NCBI GenBank assembly: GCA_050949565.1
Contig: JBMNFY010000017.1
Location: 736,001 to 800,000, forward strand
From: Kiritimatiellia bacterium
GTDB taxonomy: Bacteria; Verrucomicrobiota; Kiritimatiellia; RFP12; UBA1067
DNA length: 64,000 bases
Reading direction: 5' to 3'
Part shown: positions 10,599 to 19,669 of the stretch, one piece after another
How positions within the stretch are numbered: position 1 is the stretch's first letter
Layout of the letters: each line of letters starts with the position of its first letter
Program-made: the position numbers and the translations under genes
Notes under the pieces: generated by a model
Databases searched by the model: none
What the model was told of the DNA's origin: nothing
Seen by the model: the letters and a program-made list of their open reading frames with translations, nothing else

Positions 10599-10750
10599 CA
10601 AGTACATCGAAAAACGCCCCGTTCTGCCTTAAGGAAACAAAACCATGAAAAAGTCTCTTTTAATTACCGCCATGTTTTGTGCTTTTTATTGCGCCGGACA
10701 GAGCAATATCGTTTACTATGGAGTACACTCAAACGCGATCAGCCTCGCGT
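10597..10750 (+). pseudogene. Remnant second tip (DKYIEKRPVLP*) plus N-terminal fragment of an immunity paralogue (MKKS...GQSNIVYYGVHSNAIS)
   Basis: Clear similarity to 9808-9980; similarity stops at about 10750. Confidence 0.8.
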
Positions 10751-11032
10751 TGGATTTATGTCAATTGAATTTACTGCCTTATCAAACAGTGACAAATCCT
10801 CTTTCCCGTCTTTCAGGAAATATTTCGGAGATAATTCAAAACTCGCCTTGTTATTCCTAAACACAAAATGCAAAGACCATGGTGGAACAGGTGATCCACC
10901 ATCAATAAAGTATCGCATTATATAGCCAATAATCCTGTTGGGAGAGTCATGTTGCATCGAATATAGGGACTCTTCCGCATAGCAAACGTGTAAAGCCCAT
11001 TTATGCCCAAAGAACCTAGAGAAGAACCCCAT
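10739..11032 (-). CDS. Low-GC hypothetical protein (distal integron cassette region)
   Basis: GGAGG RBS; 97-aa ORF co-oriented with the cassette genes. Confidence 0.55.
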   Translation of the reverse strand: MGFFSRFFGHKWALHVCYAEESLYSMQHDSPNRIIGYIMRYFIDGGSPVPPWSLHFVFRNNKASFELSPKYFLKDGKEDLSLFDKAVNSIDINPTRG

Positions 11033-11165
11033 TTTACACCTCCAGTTGACAATGCCTTAAATCATGAAACTCGCTGTTGTCTATCCCTTAGAGCGATGCG
11101 TTTTGATGTGCTTGAATAGGGGCTGAACTTTCTCAGCATTCGACTTACCCTATCGTACGCATTTT

Positions 11166-11378
11166 CTAGGTAGGATCAACATTATGGAAATTGATTTCAA
11201 CCTTTTGTGCGCCATGTTCAAGCTCCGCAATCCGATTCTGGTTCGACACATCCTTTGCTTGAAGCCTAGCAATCTCTTTATGAAGACGTCTATTCTCTTT
11301 TTCGAGTTCAAGGCAGTAATCTGCAAGTTCTTGATCAGCAGTTTTGAGTTTCTCCGTGATGGCATCATCGCGTTTCAT
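11166..11378 (-). CDS. Small coiled-coil protein, integron cassette 3
   Basis: Starts just after the attC R' box GTTAGGG; AAGGA RBS; heptad-rich. Confidence 0.65.
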   Translation of the reverse strand: MKRDDAITEKLKTADQELADYCLELEKENRRLHKEIARLQAKDVSNQNRIAELEHGAQKVEINFHNVDPT

Positions 11379-11397
11379 TGTTTGTTCCTTCTCATTT

Positions 11398-11484
11398 CCC
11401 TAACGTCACGCATGACCGGCGGTGTGGAGCCGCAGAGCGAAGCGGCGCGGCTTTACACCGTACGTGTCGATGCGATTGTTGGGA
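11398..11484 (-). mobile_element. attC: attC site (87 bp) closing the MTase-HNH cassette
   Basis: Minus strand TCCCAAC...imperfect palindrome...GTTAGGG; TCCCAAC is complementary to the GTTGGGA that opens this cassette. Confidence 0.9.
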
Positions 11485-11500
11485 TTCTATTCTTGGGATT

Positions 11501-12250
11501 CTATTCTTCAAGGTGTTTCTCAATAAGCTCCTTGATGTAAGCGGGCAGGTGCTTCTGAAGCTCCAAAGTTCTTTCCCTCAATTTGTCGTACACCGATACT
11601 TCAGCACCAGACCAGAGAATATCAGCCCGTCTGGTTTGCCTCATCGCAACATGTTCATATGAGTCAGGATAAGCCCAGTAGCATTTCTTGCATATTTGTT
11701 TGTCCTTTAGATCAAGCCAGTTTGCACAATGCTCACAAGACCACGACTTTGCCCGGTTTGCTGATCCCGAAAGAAGCATGTAGTCCGCTGGATCGTTCAT
11801 GTTCTCGGCATCGTCACCGGCGACCTCAAAAGGAACTCTGTGGTCGATCTGCAAATCCCTTTCAGGAAACTCCTCCAAATAGATGGCGCATCTTGCGCCA
11901 TCTGTTTCAATAAGTTTTGCTTTCAGCTCCTTGGAGAATGCTGTGCGTCCAGAAAGCTTCGAGAACCTTGCCTTCTTGGGATCTCCGAACCGATAGGCCC
12001 CAATGCTCCTACCGTCGGCGGCTTGCACTCGAAATGTCTCAAGCGGAATCCCTTGTTCGCGCACGTCTCGTGCAGCTCTTGGTGGATGATTGTACCCGTA
12101 CGTATTCTTCAATTCCTCTGTCGTAATAAAGCCATGCTTCAAAATGTGGTCTATAACAGTCTTGGGACGTTTTGCTGTGACTGCTTTACATTGCTCGACG
12201 AACTTCTTGGGTAAACGAGGCTTCTTCATGCACGTCCCTCCATCAAGCAA
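11501..12250 (-). CDS. HNH endonuclease (putative restriction endonuclease), integron cassette 2
   Basis: LQIDHRVP...ANRAK HNH motif; CxxC pairs; overlaps the MTase gene. Confidence 0.8.
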   Translation of the reverse strand: MLDGGTCMKKPRLPKKFVEQCKAVTAKRPKTVIDHILKHGFITTEELKNTYGYNHPPRAARDVREQGIPLETFRVQAADGRSIGAYRFGDPKKARFSKLSGRTAFSKELKAKLIETDGARCAIYLEEFPERDLQIDHRVPFEVAGDDAENMNDPADYMLLSGSANRAKSWSCEHCANWLDLKDKQICKKCYWAYPDSYEHVAMRQTRRADILWSGAEVSVYDKLRERTLELQKHLPAYIKELIEKHLEE

Positions 12251-13149
12251 AGTTGTTCTCCACGCGTGTAGCGATAGAGCGTTGGGACGTGTGCAAGTTC
12301 ATCTGCCAATGCTGGGGAGAGATAGAGTGACTCTATGGTGACATCCTTCCTGCCCAACAGAGTCGCTTGAGATGAGCGTCCCGCATCAAGCTCGATCAGC
12401 GTCAGGTTCAACTCATCAGGCAAGGTCTTCCCATAGGATTTATCACCTGTCCGACCATCATAACTCACGATATACCTGATTTGTCTGGAGTTTAGTTCCT
12501 CCAATGCTTCCACAAATTCACAGAATTGCACGCTCTCCAAGTAGCGTGTGTCTCGATTGCCGCATACACCTTGATAAGGCGGATCCATGTAGACAAGGTC
12601 TTTAGGCTCAGCGAGTTTGAGTATATCTCGGTAATTGGCAGATGCAGTTGCAGTTTTACCTTTCAAGAAATATGAAGCCCCCATGATCTGCATTTTCATT
12701 GTCTGGGGCTTCATCCCTTTTCGCCTGTTGTCTGGGCTTTGATTGAATTCCCCGCGAGCATTGTAACGGACGGAAGCCTTGACACAGCGTGCCAGCAGAT
12801 ACAGAAACAAATGTGGGGCTCCGGTTCGATTGAATTCATCGCGAACCTTGACGTAGAATGCTTTAGGATCGGCAAGCTGATCGTTCCAGAGATTTGTATA
12901 TTTCTCTGCCAATTGGTCGGGTCTGTTGATTATTTCTTCCCAAAGGTCAATAAGCGGCTTGTTCAAATCGTTAAGATGAAAGCTCTGCGCCAAACCCGCT
13001 TCAGCTGTGGCGATTGTCATTGCTGCGGAGCCCGCAAAAGGCTCATACAGAACATCAATTTGTTCGGGGAAATAGCGCAGGATATCAGGAGCAAGGTTCC
13101 TCTTGCTTCCCTGATAGGGTATCGGGTGTGGCAGCTTCTTTAGTTTCAT
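12226..13149 (-). CDS. Dam/D12-family DNA adenine methyltransferase, integron cassette 2
   Basis: YQGSK, EPFAGSAA (motif I) and YMDPPY (motif IV). Confidence 0.93.
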   Translation of the reverse strand: MKLKKLPHPIPYQGSKRNLAPDILRYFPEQIDVLYEPFAGSAAMTIATAEAGLAQSFHLNDLNKPLIDLWEEIINRPDQLAEKYTNLWNDQLADPKAFYVKVRDEFNRTGAPHLFLYLLARCVKASVRYNARGEFNQSPDNRRKGMKPQTMKMQIMGASYFLKGKTATASANYRDILKLAEPKDLVYMDPPYQGVCGNRDTRYLESVQFCEFVEALEELNSRQIRYIVSYDGRTGDKSYGKTLPDELNLTLIELDAGRSSQATLLGRKDVTIESLYLSPALADELAHVPTLYRYTRGEQLCLMEGRA

Positions 13150-13206
13150 GCGTTCAATCTATCCTTCTAAGGTCTCGAATACCAGTTTCATCTGTTTCTT
13201 CTCAAA

Positions 13207-13284
13207 TCCCAACGTCATGAGTGACCGTTTTTCCAAAGGCCATCTGCGGCCTTTGGAAAATATGTGTCCACTCAATGGTTCGAT
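13207..13284 (-). mobile_element. attC: attC site (78 bp) closing cassette 1
   Basis: Minus strand ATCGAAC...TGAGTG..TTTTCCAAAGGCC..GGCCTTTGGAAAA..CACTCA..GTTGGGA; ATCGAAC is complementary to the attI core GTTCGAT. Confidence 0.92.
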
Positions 13285-13727
13285 GATCTCTTTTCCTTCA
13301 AGAGTATTTCGAGTCGATCGGCCACCTTCCGCGCATTGCGCAGATGTGGCCACTTAATAGCCACATGATCATGTTGAGATGATGCCGTACTGATTTCAAT
13401 AGTGCCTACATCGAGCAGCGCCTCAAGAATGCCTTCGTATGCGTTGATTCCTACAATTTGGTCAAGTGGCGTACGAAGATCGATTGGTCCCGTAAAAAGT
13501 TTTTCAGTTCGGATTTGGTTGGAACTGATGGAGAACTTCCATGTTTTTTTTATGCCCCAATCCATTAAGACACACAACGATAATGTGCCCATTAGACCCG
13601 CAATAACAATCGTATGCCAGAAAAGCAAATCGATGAAAAAAAGAACCATGAATACAAAAAGAATGCTACCAAAACGAGCTGTGAGATACCGTCGGTCACA
13701 CCGAATGAATTGTGTTGATTCCGTCAT
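13272..13727 (-). CDS. Membrane protein with bacterial PH (bPH_2/YdbS-like) domain, integron cassette 1
   Basis: Two TM segments, then EALLDVGTIEISTA; stop codon lies inside attC. Confidence 0.75.
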   Translation of the reverse strand: MTESTQFIRCDRRYLTARFGSILFVFMVLFFIDLLFWHTIVIAGLMGTLSLCVLMDWGIKKTWKFSISSNQIRTEKLFTGPIDLRTPLDQIVGINAYEGILEALLDVGTIEISTASSQHDHVAIKWPHLRNARKVADRLEILLKEKRSSNH

Positions 13728-13739
13728 TTTTTTCCTTTC

Positions 13740-13755
13740 ATCGAACAGTGTTATT
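13740..13755 (-). mobile_element. attI: attI core site (AATAAC-ACT-GTTCGAT)
   Basis: AAC..GTT simple site just upstream of the first cassette gene; matches the R'' box of the first attC. Confidence 0.8.
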
Positions 13756-13798
13756 GAGCCTACCTCGCGAAGGCGGGCATACCCAATATGATGTCGGT

Positions 13799-13827
13799 AT
13801 GTTAGTCGCCCGGACGGATATGGTCAA
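13799..13827 (-). promoter_or_regulatory. Cassette promoter Pc (TTGACC-N17-TAACAT)
   Basis: Near-consensus sigma70 promoter pointing into attI. Confidence 0.75.
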
Positions 13828-13972
13828 GCGCACATTTTGTTGCCCGGCAACGCTTTAAACTTTGGGCTTGCCCGCTAGGTAGGCTTTATGCAAACTGTTG
13901 AAGTAGTCTTTGTGCGGCAGTGCGGCTTAAAAGGTGCCTACTAATCCACATAAAGCCTACTTGGAGGACGGC

Positions 13973-15415
13973 ATGGACGCTCTTACAATCGTGTTTGATG
14001 ACTGGGAGCAGGTTCTGGCGTCGACCCTTCCGCCGGATTTGCGCAAGCCTTATCGCGAAGCGATCGTAAAGTTCCGGTACTGGCTGCGGCAGACAGGAAA
14101 GACGCCGGATGCCGAGACGTTCAAGGAGCACTTGGATTGGAAAAAGTCATATCTCTCCCCGGACAGATTTGAAGTAAGGCGCGACGCTTTGCGATGGTAC
14201 TATAAGGAGGGCCTTCGCAGAATGAAAGCCGCAGGGCAGAACCCTTCAAAACCACTAACGCCAACCGGTTCTGCGCTTGTACCGAAGGTTCCGCCCAAGG
14301 CAAATCAGGCGCCTCACCCCGCGTCGAATGGGAACCCGCGCCCCGTTTTCCCGACCCGTGCCCCGACAGTGCCGGCCAAAACCGGGGCGGGAAAATTCGG
14401 CGACTACCGGACGTACGAGATGAACGACGTGCCGTCGGCGGGAGCGCGCGATTTGGGCGGCCCTCCATGGGAGCGGGCGCTCGTCAGTAGGATTCGGGAA
14501 AGGAACTTGGCGTGGACAAGCGAGAAAACGTACCGGGCGTGGTGCCGGCGTTTCATGGCCTCAATCGGCGGAAAGCCGATAAACAGCCTGGACCATAGCG
14601 ATGTGCGAAAATGGCTTTCCGGTTTGGCCGTGAAAGAACGCGTCTCCGTCTCCACGCAAAGCCAAGCTTTGAATGCCGTGGTTTTCTTCTTCCGCGAGGT
14701 GCTGAAGCGCGATCCGGGTGATTTCAGCGATTTCACGCGGGCGCGCCGGGGGCGGAAGGTGCCTTCTGTATTGACGCAGGAGGAGTGCAAGCGACTGTTC
14801 GCGGCGATGGAGGGGACCAGCCGCCTGATGGCGGAACTCATGTACGCGGCGGGGTTGCGGCTGTCCGAACTTTTGCGGCTGCGGGTGAAGGACGTGGATC
14901 TGGAGCGGCTGCAGCTCTCCGTGCAGTTCGGCAAGGGCGGCAAGAGTCGGCTGACCATGATTCCGCCGAAACTGGAGCCCGCGCTGAGGGCGCACCGCGA
15001 GCGGCTGCGCGGACTGCATGCCAAAGACCGCGAGGCAGGCATGCCGGGCGTGGAGCTGCCGGAGGCGCTGGAGCGCAAGTGGCCGAAGGCGGGCGAGAAG
15101 TTCATCTGGTTCTGGTTCTGGCCCTCGCGCAATCTGCTGCGCGACCACCGCAGCGGCATTGTCCGCCGCCATCATGTGCTGGACGTCACTTTCCAGAAAG
15201 CGATCCGCGAGGCGGTGGAAAGGACGGGCTTCGACAAGCGCGTGTCACCCCACACGCTGCGGCACAGTTTCGCGACGCACCTGCTGGCGAGCGGCGTCGG
15301 CATCCGCGACGTCCAGGATCTGCTGGGTCATGCGGACATATCCACAACGGAAATCTACCTGCACACGGCCAAGTATACCGGCATCGGCGTGCGTAGCCCG
15401 TTTGAAACATTGTGA
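13973..15415 (+). CDS. intI: Integron integrase with long N-terminal extension
   Basis: GLRLSE, GKGGK, HTLRHSFATH, LLGH..ISTTEIY; IntI-specific insertion LPEALERKWPKAG; divergent from the attC array; GGAGG RBS before ATG 13973. Confidence 0.95.
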   Translation: MDALTIVFDDWEQVLASTLPPDLRKPYREAIVKFRYWLRQTGKTPDAETFKEHLDWKKSYLSPDRFEVRRDALRWYYKEGLRRMKAAGQNPSKPLTPTGSALVPKVPPKANQAPHPASNGNPRPVFPTRAPTVPAKTGAGKFGDYRTYEMNDVPSAGARDLGGPPWERALVSRIRERNLAWTSEKTYRAWCRRFMASIGGKPINSLDHSDVRKWLSGLAVKERVSVSTQSQALNAVVFFFREVLKRDPGDFSDFTRARRGRKVPSVLTQEECKRLFAAMEGTSRLMAELMYAAGLRLSELLRLRVKDVDLERLQLSVQFGKGGKSRLTMIPPKLEPALRAHRERLRGLHAKDREAGMPGVELPEALERKWPKAGEKFIWFWFWPSRNLLRDHRSGIVRRHHVLDVTFQKAIREAVERTGFDKRVSPHTLRHSFATHLLASGVGIRDVQDLLGHADISTTEIYLHTAKYTGIGVRSPFETL

Positions 15416-15587
15416 AAGGTTTTTACCGGATATGCAGTTGACCACTAGCATCCCATAGGATTCGCCGGCAACACGCCGTCTCCTATGATTGGCACACATT
15501 ATGTGGGGGAGGGCAAAACAGTCAATATGGAATTCTACGCGACAAAGGGGGGGGGGGGGCAAGCGAAGATGCGAAGACCCGAAGTTT

Positions 15588-15652
15588 GGAGGGGGCGGCA
15601 TGACTGCCGCCGGTCAAGCAGACGCTTGCCCCTCGCAACGTTCCGCAAGCCT
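15588..15652. repeat. REP-like palindromic element
   Basis: GGAG-GGGCGGCA..TGCCGCC hairpin plus CAAGCAGACGCTTGCCCCTC, shared with 23880-23950 and 59520-59600. Confidence 0.65.
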
Positions 15653-15792
15653 GATCCAGACCGAAAGGGATGAGTGTCCCCCCCGATGTTATGAACCGCA
15701 AATCTCGCATTTGCCATAATGAATGGCATGTTGTATGATTAGATATTCACAGCCTTTAATTGTACAAAAGCATCAGGAAGGAGCACGTGACC

Positions 15793-17163
15793 ATGATAAA
15801 AGGGATTATGAGAATCAGGATTGTCGCTTTAATGTTGTTGACGGCCGGACTGGCCGCAGCCGGTGTACTGGACAATGCGTGGTTGATGGGAGTGACGGAC
15901 AAGCATCCGCTTCTGTATAAGGTGGGTGAGGAAATCGTGTTTACCGTCACGCCCCGGAATCTGACGGGCGACATCCCTGCGGACACTTACTTGCTCAAGT
16001 GGGAACGCACGGGGGACGATGGCGTGAAGGACAACGGCCAAACCCCGCTCACTAAGGAGCCTTTTGTCTACAAGACGAAACTCGACAAGCCGGGGTTCGT
16101 GCGGCTCTATGCGGAGGTCGTCAACAAGGACGGCAAAAAATATCAAAAGGTCTTCACCGGCGATACGTCGACACCCGAAGGCCGGGAGGCGGCCAATCGC
16201 TTCGAACGCCAGAGCAAGTCAATCTTCTTTGACGGTGGCGCGGGCGCAGAAACCGGCACGCTTCAAGCGCTTCCGGAACCTGAAGATTTCGATGCCTTCT
16301 GGGACCGTCAGCGCGCACGGCTCGCGAAAATTCCCATGAAAGCGGAGCGCATCGAACTCCCCTGCGGCAACAAGGACGCGCGGCTCTACGCAATCACGAT
16401 TGATTGCGCGGGCGTGCGCCCGGTGACCGGCTATCTGACCATTCCGAAGGCTGTTGACAATGGCGCCAAGTTCCCGTGCCGCCTAACGACCCACGGATAT
16501 TCGTACAGAGCGCCGCACAATCCGCCCGGCGGTGCGCGAAGCGATGAAATCGTCCTCGACATCAACGCGCACGGCATGCGCCTGCCCGCGTTCGGCGGCG
16601 ACGAAGGCTATTACAAGGCGCTCGGTTCCGAGATCAAATCGAACGGGCAGGGTTACGCTTTTGATCCGGCCGAGAACAAGGATCCGGAAATGGCTTATTT
16701 CAACGGCATGGCCCTCCGCGTGATGCGGGCGCTCGAATACCTGAAGTCGTTGCCGGGGTGGAACGGAAAAGACCTCTTCGCGTCCGGCGGCAGCCAGGGC
16801 GGTTTGCAGACCATTTGGGCGGCCGGGCTGGACAAAGATGTAACGCTCGCGGAATCCTCCATCACGTGGTGCTGCGATCTCGGCGGCGAACGCCTCGGGC
16901 GCAACCGCGGCGGATGGTACATCAAGTGGTCCGACGGACTGGGATATTACGACGCGGTCAATGTCGCCAAGCGCATCCCGACGTCGTGCCGGACGATCAT
17001 CCCCCGGGCCGGACTCGGCGACTACGTCTGTCCGCCATCGGGTCTCGCGATCCTCTGGAACAACATCAAAGGCCCGAAAAAAATCATTTGGGTGCAAGGT
17101 TCGCAACACGGTTATGTACCGCCGGAGAAGTACGAAGGCCGCGACTTTGAGATGGAAAAGTAA
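15793..17163 (+). CDS. Acetyl xylan esterase / cephalosporin-C deacetylase (CE7) family
   Basis: Signal peptide; GGSQGG nucleophile; DYVCPPS; C-terminal His. Confidence 0.85.
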   Translation: MIKGIMRIRIVALMLLTAGLAAAGVLDNAWLMGVTDKHPLLYKVGEEIVFTVTPRNLTGDIPADTYLLKWERTGDDGVKDNGQTPLTKEPFVYKTKLDKPGFVRLYAEVVNKDGKKYQKVFTGDTSTPEGREAANRFERQSKSIFFDGGAGAETGTLQALPEPEDFDAFWDRQRARLAKIPMKAERIELPCGNKDARLYAITIDCAGVRPVTGYLTIPKAVDNGAKFPCRLTTHGYSYRAPHNPPGGARSDEIVLDINAHGMRLPAFGGDEGYYKALGSEIKSNGQGYAFDPAENKDPEMAYFNGMALRVMRALEYLKSLPGWNGKDLFASGGSQGGLQTIWAAGLDKDVTLAESSITWCCDLGGERLGRNRGGWYIKWSDGLGYYDAVNVAKRIPTSCRTIIPRAGLGDYVCPPSGLAILWNNIKGPKKIIWVQGSQHGYVPPEKYEGRDFEMEK

Positions 17164-17196
17164 ACCGGAAAACGAAGGGTCGAAAGGAGTGACCGT

Positions 17197-18440
17197 ATGA
17201 AGGAAACATCGCGACGGACATTTCTGAGGGGGGCGGCGGGCATAGCGGCCTTTTCCATCGTACCGCGCGTCACGTGCTGGGCGGGCCCGGTTTTGTGGCC
17301 CCCAGCGAGCGCGTTGCGGTCGCGATCATCGGTGCGGGCGGCATGGGGACGAGCAACGCCAAAAGCCTGTTGGCTGAACCGGAGGCCCAGATCGTCGCGG
17401 TCTGCGACGTGGCCGAACGGACCGACCTGAAGGCGTTCTGGTACCGGTATGAGGCCGGGCGCAAGCCGGTGAAGGCACTGGTCGAAGCACACTACGGAAA
17501 GGCTTCCCCGAATTACCGGTGCGCCGATTACGAAGACTTTCGGGTCATGCTTGAAAAAGAAAAGGGCATCGACGCGATCCTATGCGCGACGCCCGATCAC
17601 TTGCATGCGTTTGTTTCGACCGTGGCGATGCGGATGGGCAAGCATGTGTACTGCGAGAAGCCGCTCGGCCACAGCGTCTGGGAAGTGCGGCAGATGGCGC
17701 GGGTGGCGAAAGAAACGGGCGTTGCCACACAGATGGGCAACCACGGCCACTCGGGCGCGGGCATCCGCATGACGTGTGAATGGATCTGGGACGGCGCTAT
17801 CGGGCCGGTTCGCGAGGTGCATGCGTGGAGCGACGCCGGGCGCTGGGATTGGTTGCGGAAGTCGCCCGGGCGTCCGGTCGAGACACCGCCCGTGCCTGCA
17901 GGGTTCAATTGGGATCTTTGGCTCGGGCCGTTCCGCTACGGTCCGGCCTACCCCTTCAACGCGATGGAGCCCGACTTGAAGGCCTCGGAACTGCCGCTCC
18001 CGCCGATGTATCTGACCCTGAATTATCGGCGCAGTGCGGCAAAGAACGAGTCGCTCACGCTGCAGATCGAACTGCTGGAACCCATGGCGGAGTCCTTTAT
18101 GAGCGGCGGCGATGCGTTTCTTGCGCTGGCGGCGGCAGAGACGGACGCGACCCGGCGGGACAACGCCCGCCGTCTCGGCTGGCACGGCCAGTACATGGCG
18201 CGCTGCTGTCTCACGGCACGCAACGTCAAGGCCGCCGTGATCGCTGAACGTGCGAAAGACCGCGCGAAGGTGGTGGAGATCGCCCGTGCCGAATACGAAA
18301 ACGCAAAAGCTGCGCTCAAGCTTCTGCATGCCGATTCGCGTCTCGGCTGGGAGCCCACGATGCTCTACCGTGGCGGCCCCGACATGGTCGAATGGAAGCT
18401 CCGCTACATGGAGCAACACTATGCAGTAGGTAATAGGTAG
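17197..18440 (+). pseudogene. Frameshifted Tat-exported Gfo/Idh/MocA oxidoreductase, fused after WDLWLGP to an unrelated C-terminus
   Basis: SRRTFL Tat signal in one frame; IIGAGGMG, ATPDHLH and HVYCEKP in another frame; family similarity lost at about 17930. Confidence 0.75.
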
Positions 18441-18768
18441 TAGGCAATGGGCAGTAAGCAGTAGGCAGTGGGCAGTGGGACAGGTATTTAGACGATCTGG
18501 GCGGTGTGGCACGGGCATCTTGCCCGTGTGGCGGCGTGAAACGCCGCCCGGACGAGCGACGCTCGTCCCTCCCGGTGCTCTGCGAGGGAACCTGAAACCA
18601 TCCTTCCGCGCAGCGGAAGGCGGCTCGTGGGGACACTCGCCCTCCAACCTTCGCGTCTTCGCGCCTTCGCGTGAAACAACCGAGCAGTGCTTTTACTCGC
18701 GACCCGCGACTTGCGACCTGCGGCCAGCCTCCCCAAAAAACCTCTGCGTCTCTGCGCCTCTGCGTTAA
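18424..18768. repeat. Composite repeat cluster: 7-mer (TAGGCAG/TGGGCAG) tract, REP-like hairpins, two triple-9-mer modules
   Basis: Read directly. Confidence 0.75.
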
Positions 18769-18810
18769 ATGAACTCATGCACTAACACAATGACAGTTAA
18801 GAACTCCAAA

Positions 18811-19669
18811 ATGAGTTATAGCGACGAGCCGAACTACCGGGCCTTCAATTTGGCCAAGATCGGCATCGCCGACATTCCTGTCCTCTATTTCATCCGCCAT
18901 ACAAAACGTCTTGCGCCGATCGAACCGCACTACCACAAGGGGTGTTTCGAGATCGGCCTTTGCCTGCGCGGCTCATTACAACGGAGAGCGGCACACGCTG
19001 TTGGCGGACGATCTGTTTTTCAACCGTCCCGAAGATGCGCACCGGCTACTGGATTATCCTAAGGGCACGGTGCTCTACGGCATGTTGATCCGCACGGAAG
19101 GTTCGAAGCGCACGTTGCTGCGTTTCACGCAGGCCGAAAGCGCAGAGGTCCGCAAACGGTTATACGCGCTGCCCGCCCATCTCGTCGCGAACACCGCGCT
19201 GGCCAAACGCGAGTTTGCGGAACTCTTCCACGCCTACGACTCGCTGCAAGGACGTTACCGCACGCTCTGCATGACGGCCATCATCATGCGGCTGATCACC
19301 GGCCTGCTAGAGATTTCGCGGCACGGGCCTCCGGCCTCATACTCCGACCGGATCGGTGCAATCATCGAAACCCTGCGCCGCGCACCTGAAAAGCAGTATG
19401 ATATCGACACGCTGGCGCGCCAGGCCGCGCTCTCGCCTTCGCATTTCATCAATCCGTTCAAAGCAGTGACCGGGCTACCGCCCTACCACTTTCTGCTGAC
19501 CTGCCGGATTGAAGAGGCCAAGCGTCGGCTACGTGTGAAGGGGCTTTCGGTCACGCGCATCGCACAGGATCTGGGCTTCTGTTCCTCCCAGCACTTCTCC
19601 TCCCATTTCAAACGTGCAACCGGCATGACGCCGCTCGCTTGGCGTAAAAATTCTCACTCGTCCCGATAG
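18811..19669 (+). pseudogene. AraC-family regulator with a frameshift near 18975
   Basis: Cupin part (PHYHKGCFEIGLCLRG) and HTH part (LGFCSSQHFSSHFKRATGMTP) lie in different frames. Confidence 0.75.

Noticed and set aside
11033-11165. Third attC between the 70-aa and 97-aa genes
   Set aside because: No AAC...GTT-bounded palindrome could be found by eye.
13159-13353. 64-aa ORF between the PH-domain gene and the MTase
   Set aside because: It overlaps the PH gene and runs across the attC site.
15724-15738. sigma54 promoter before the esterase (TGGCAT-GTTGT-ATGA)
   Set aside because: It lacks the conserved -12 GC.
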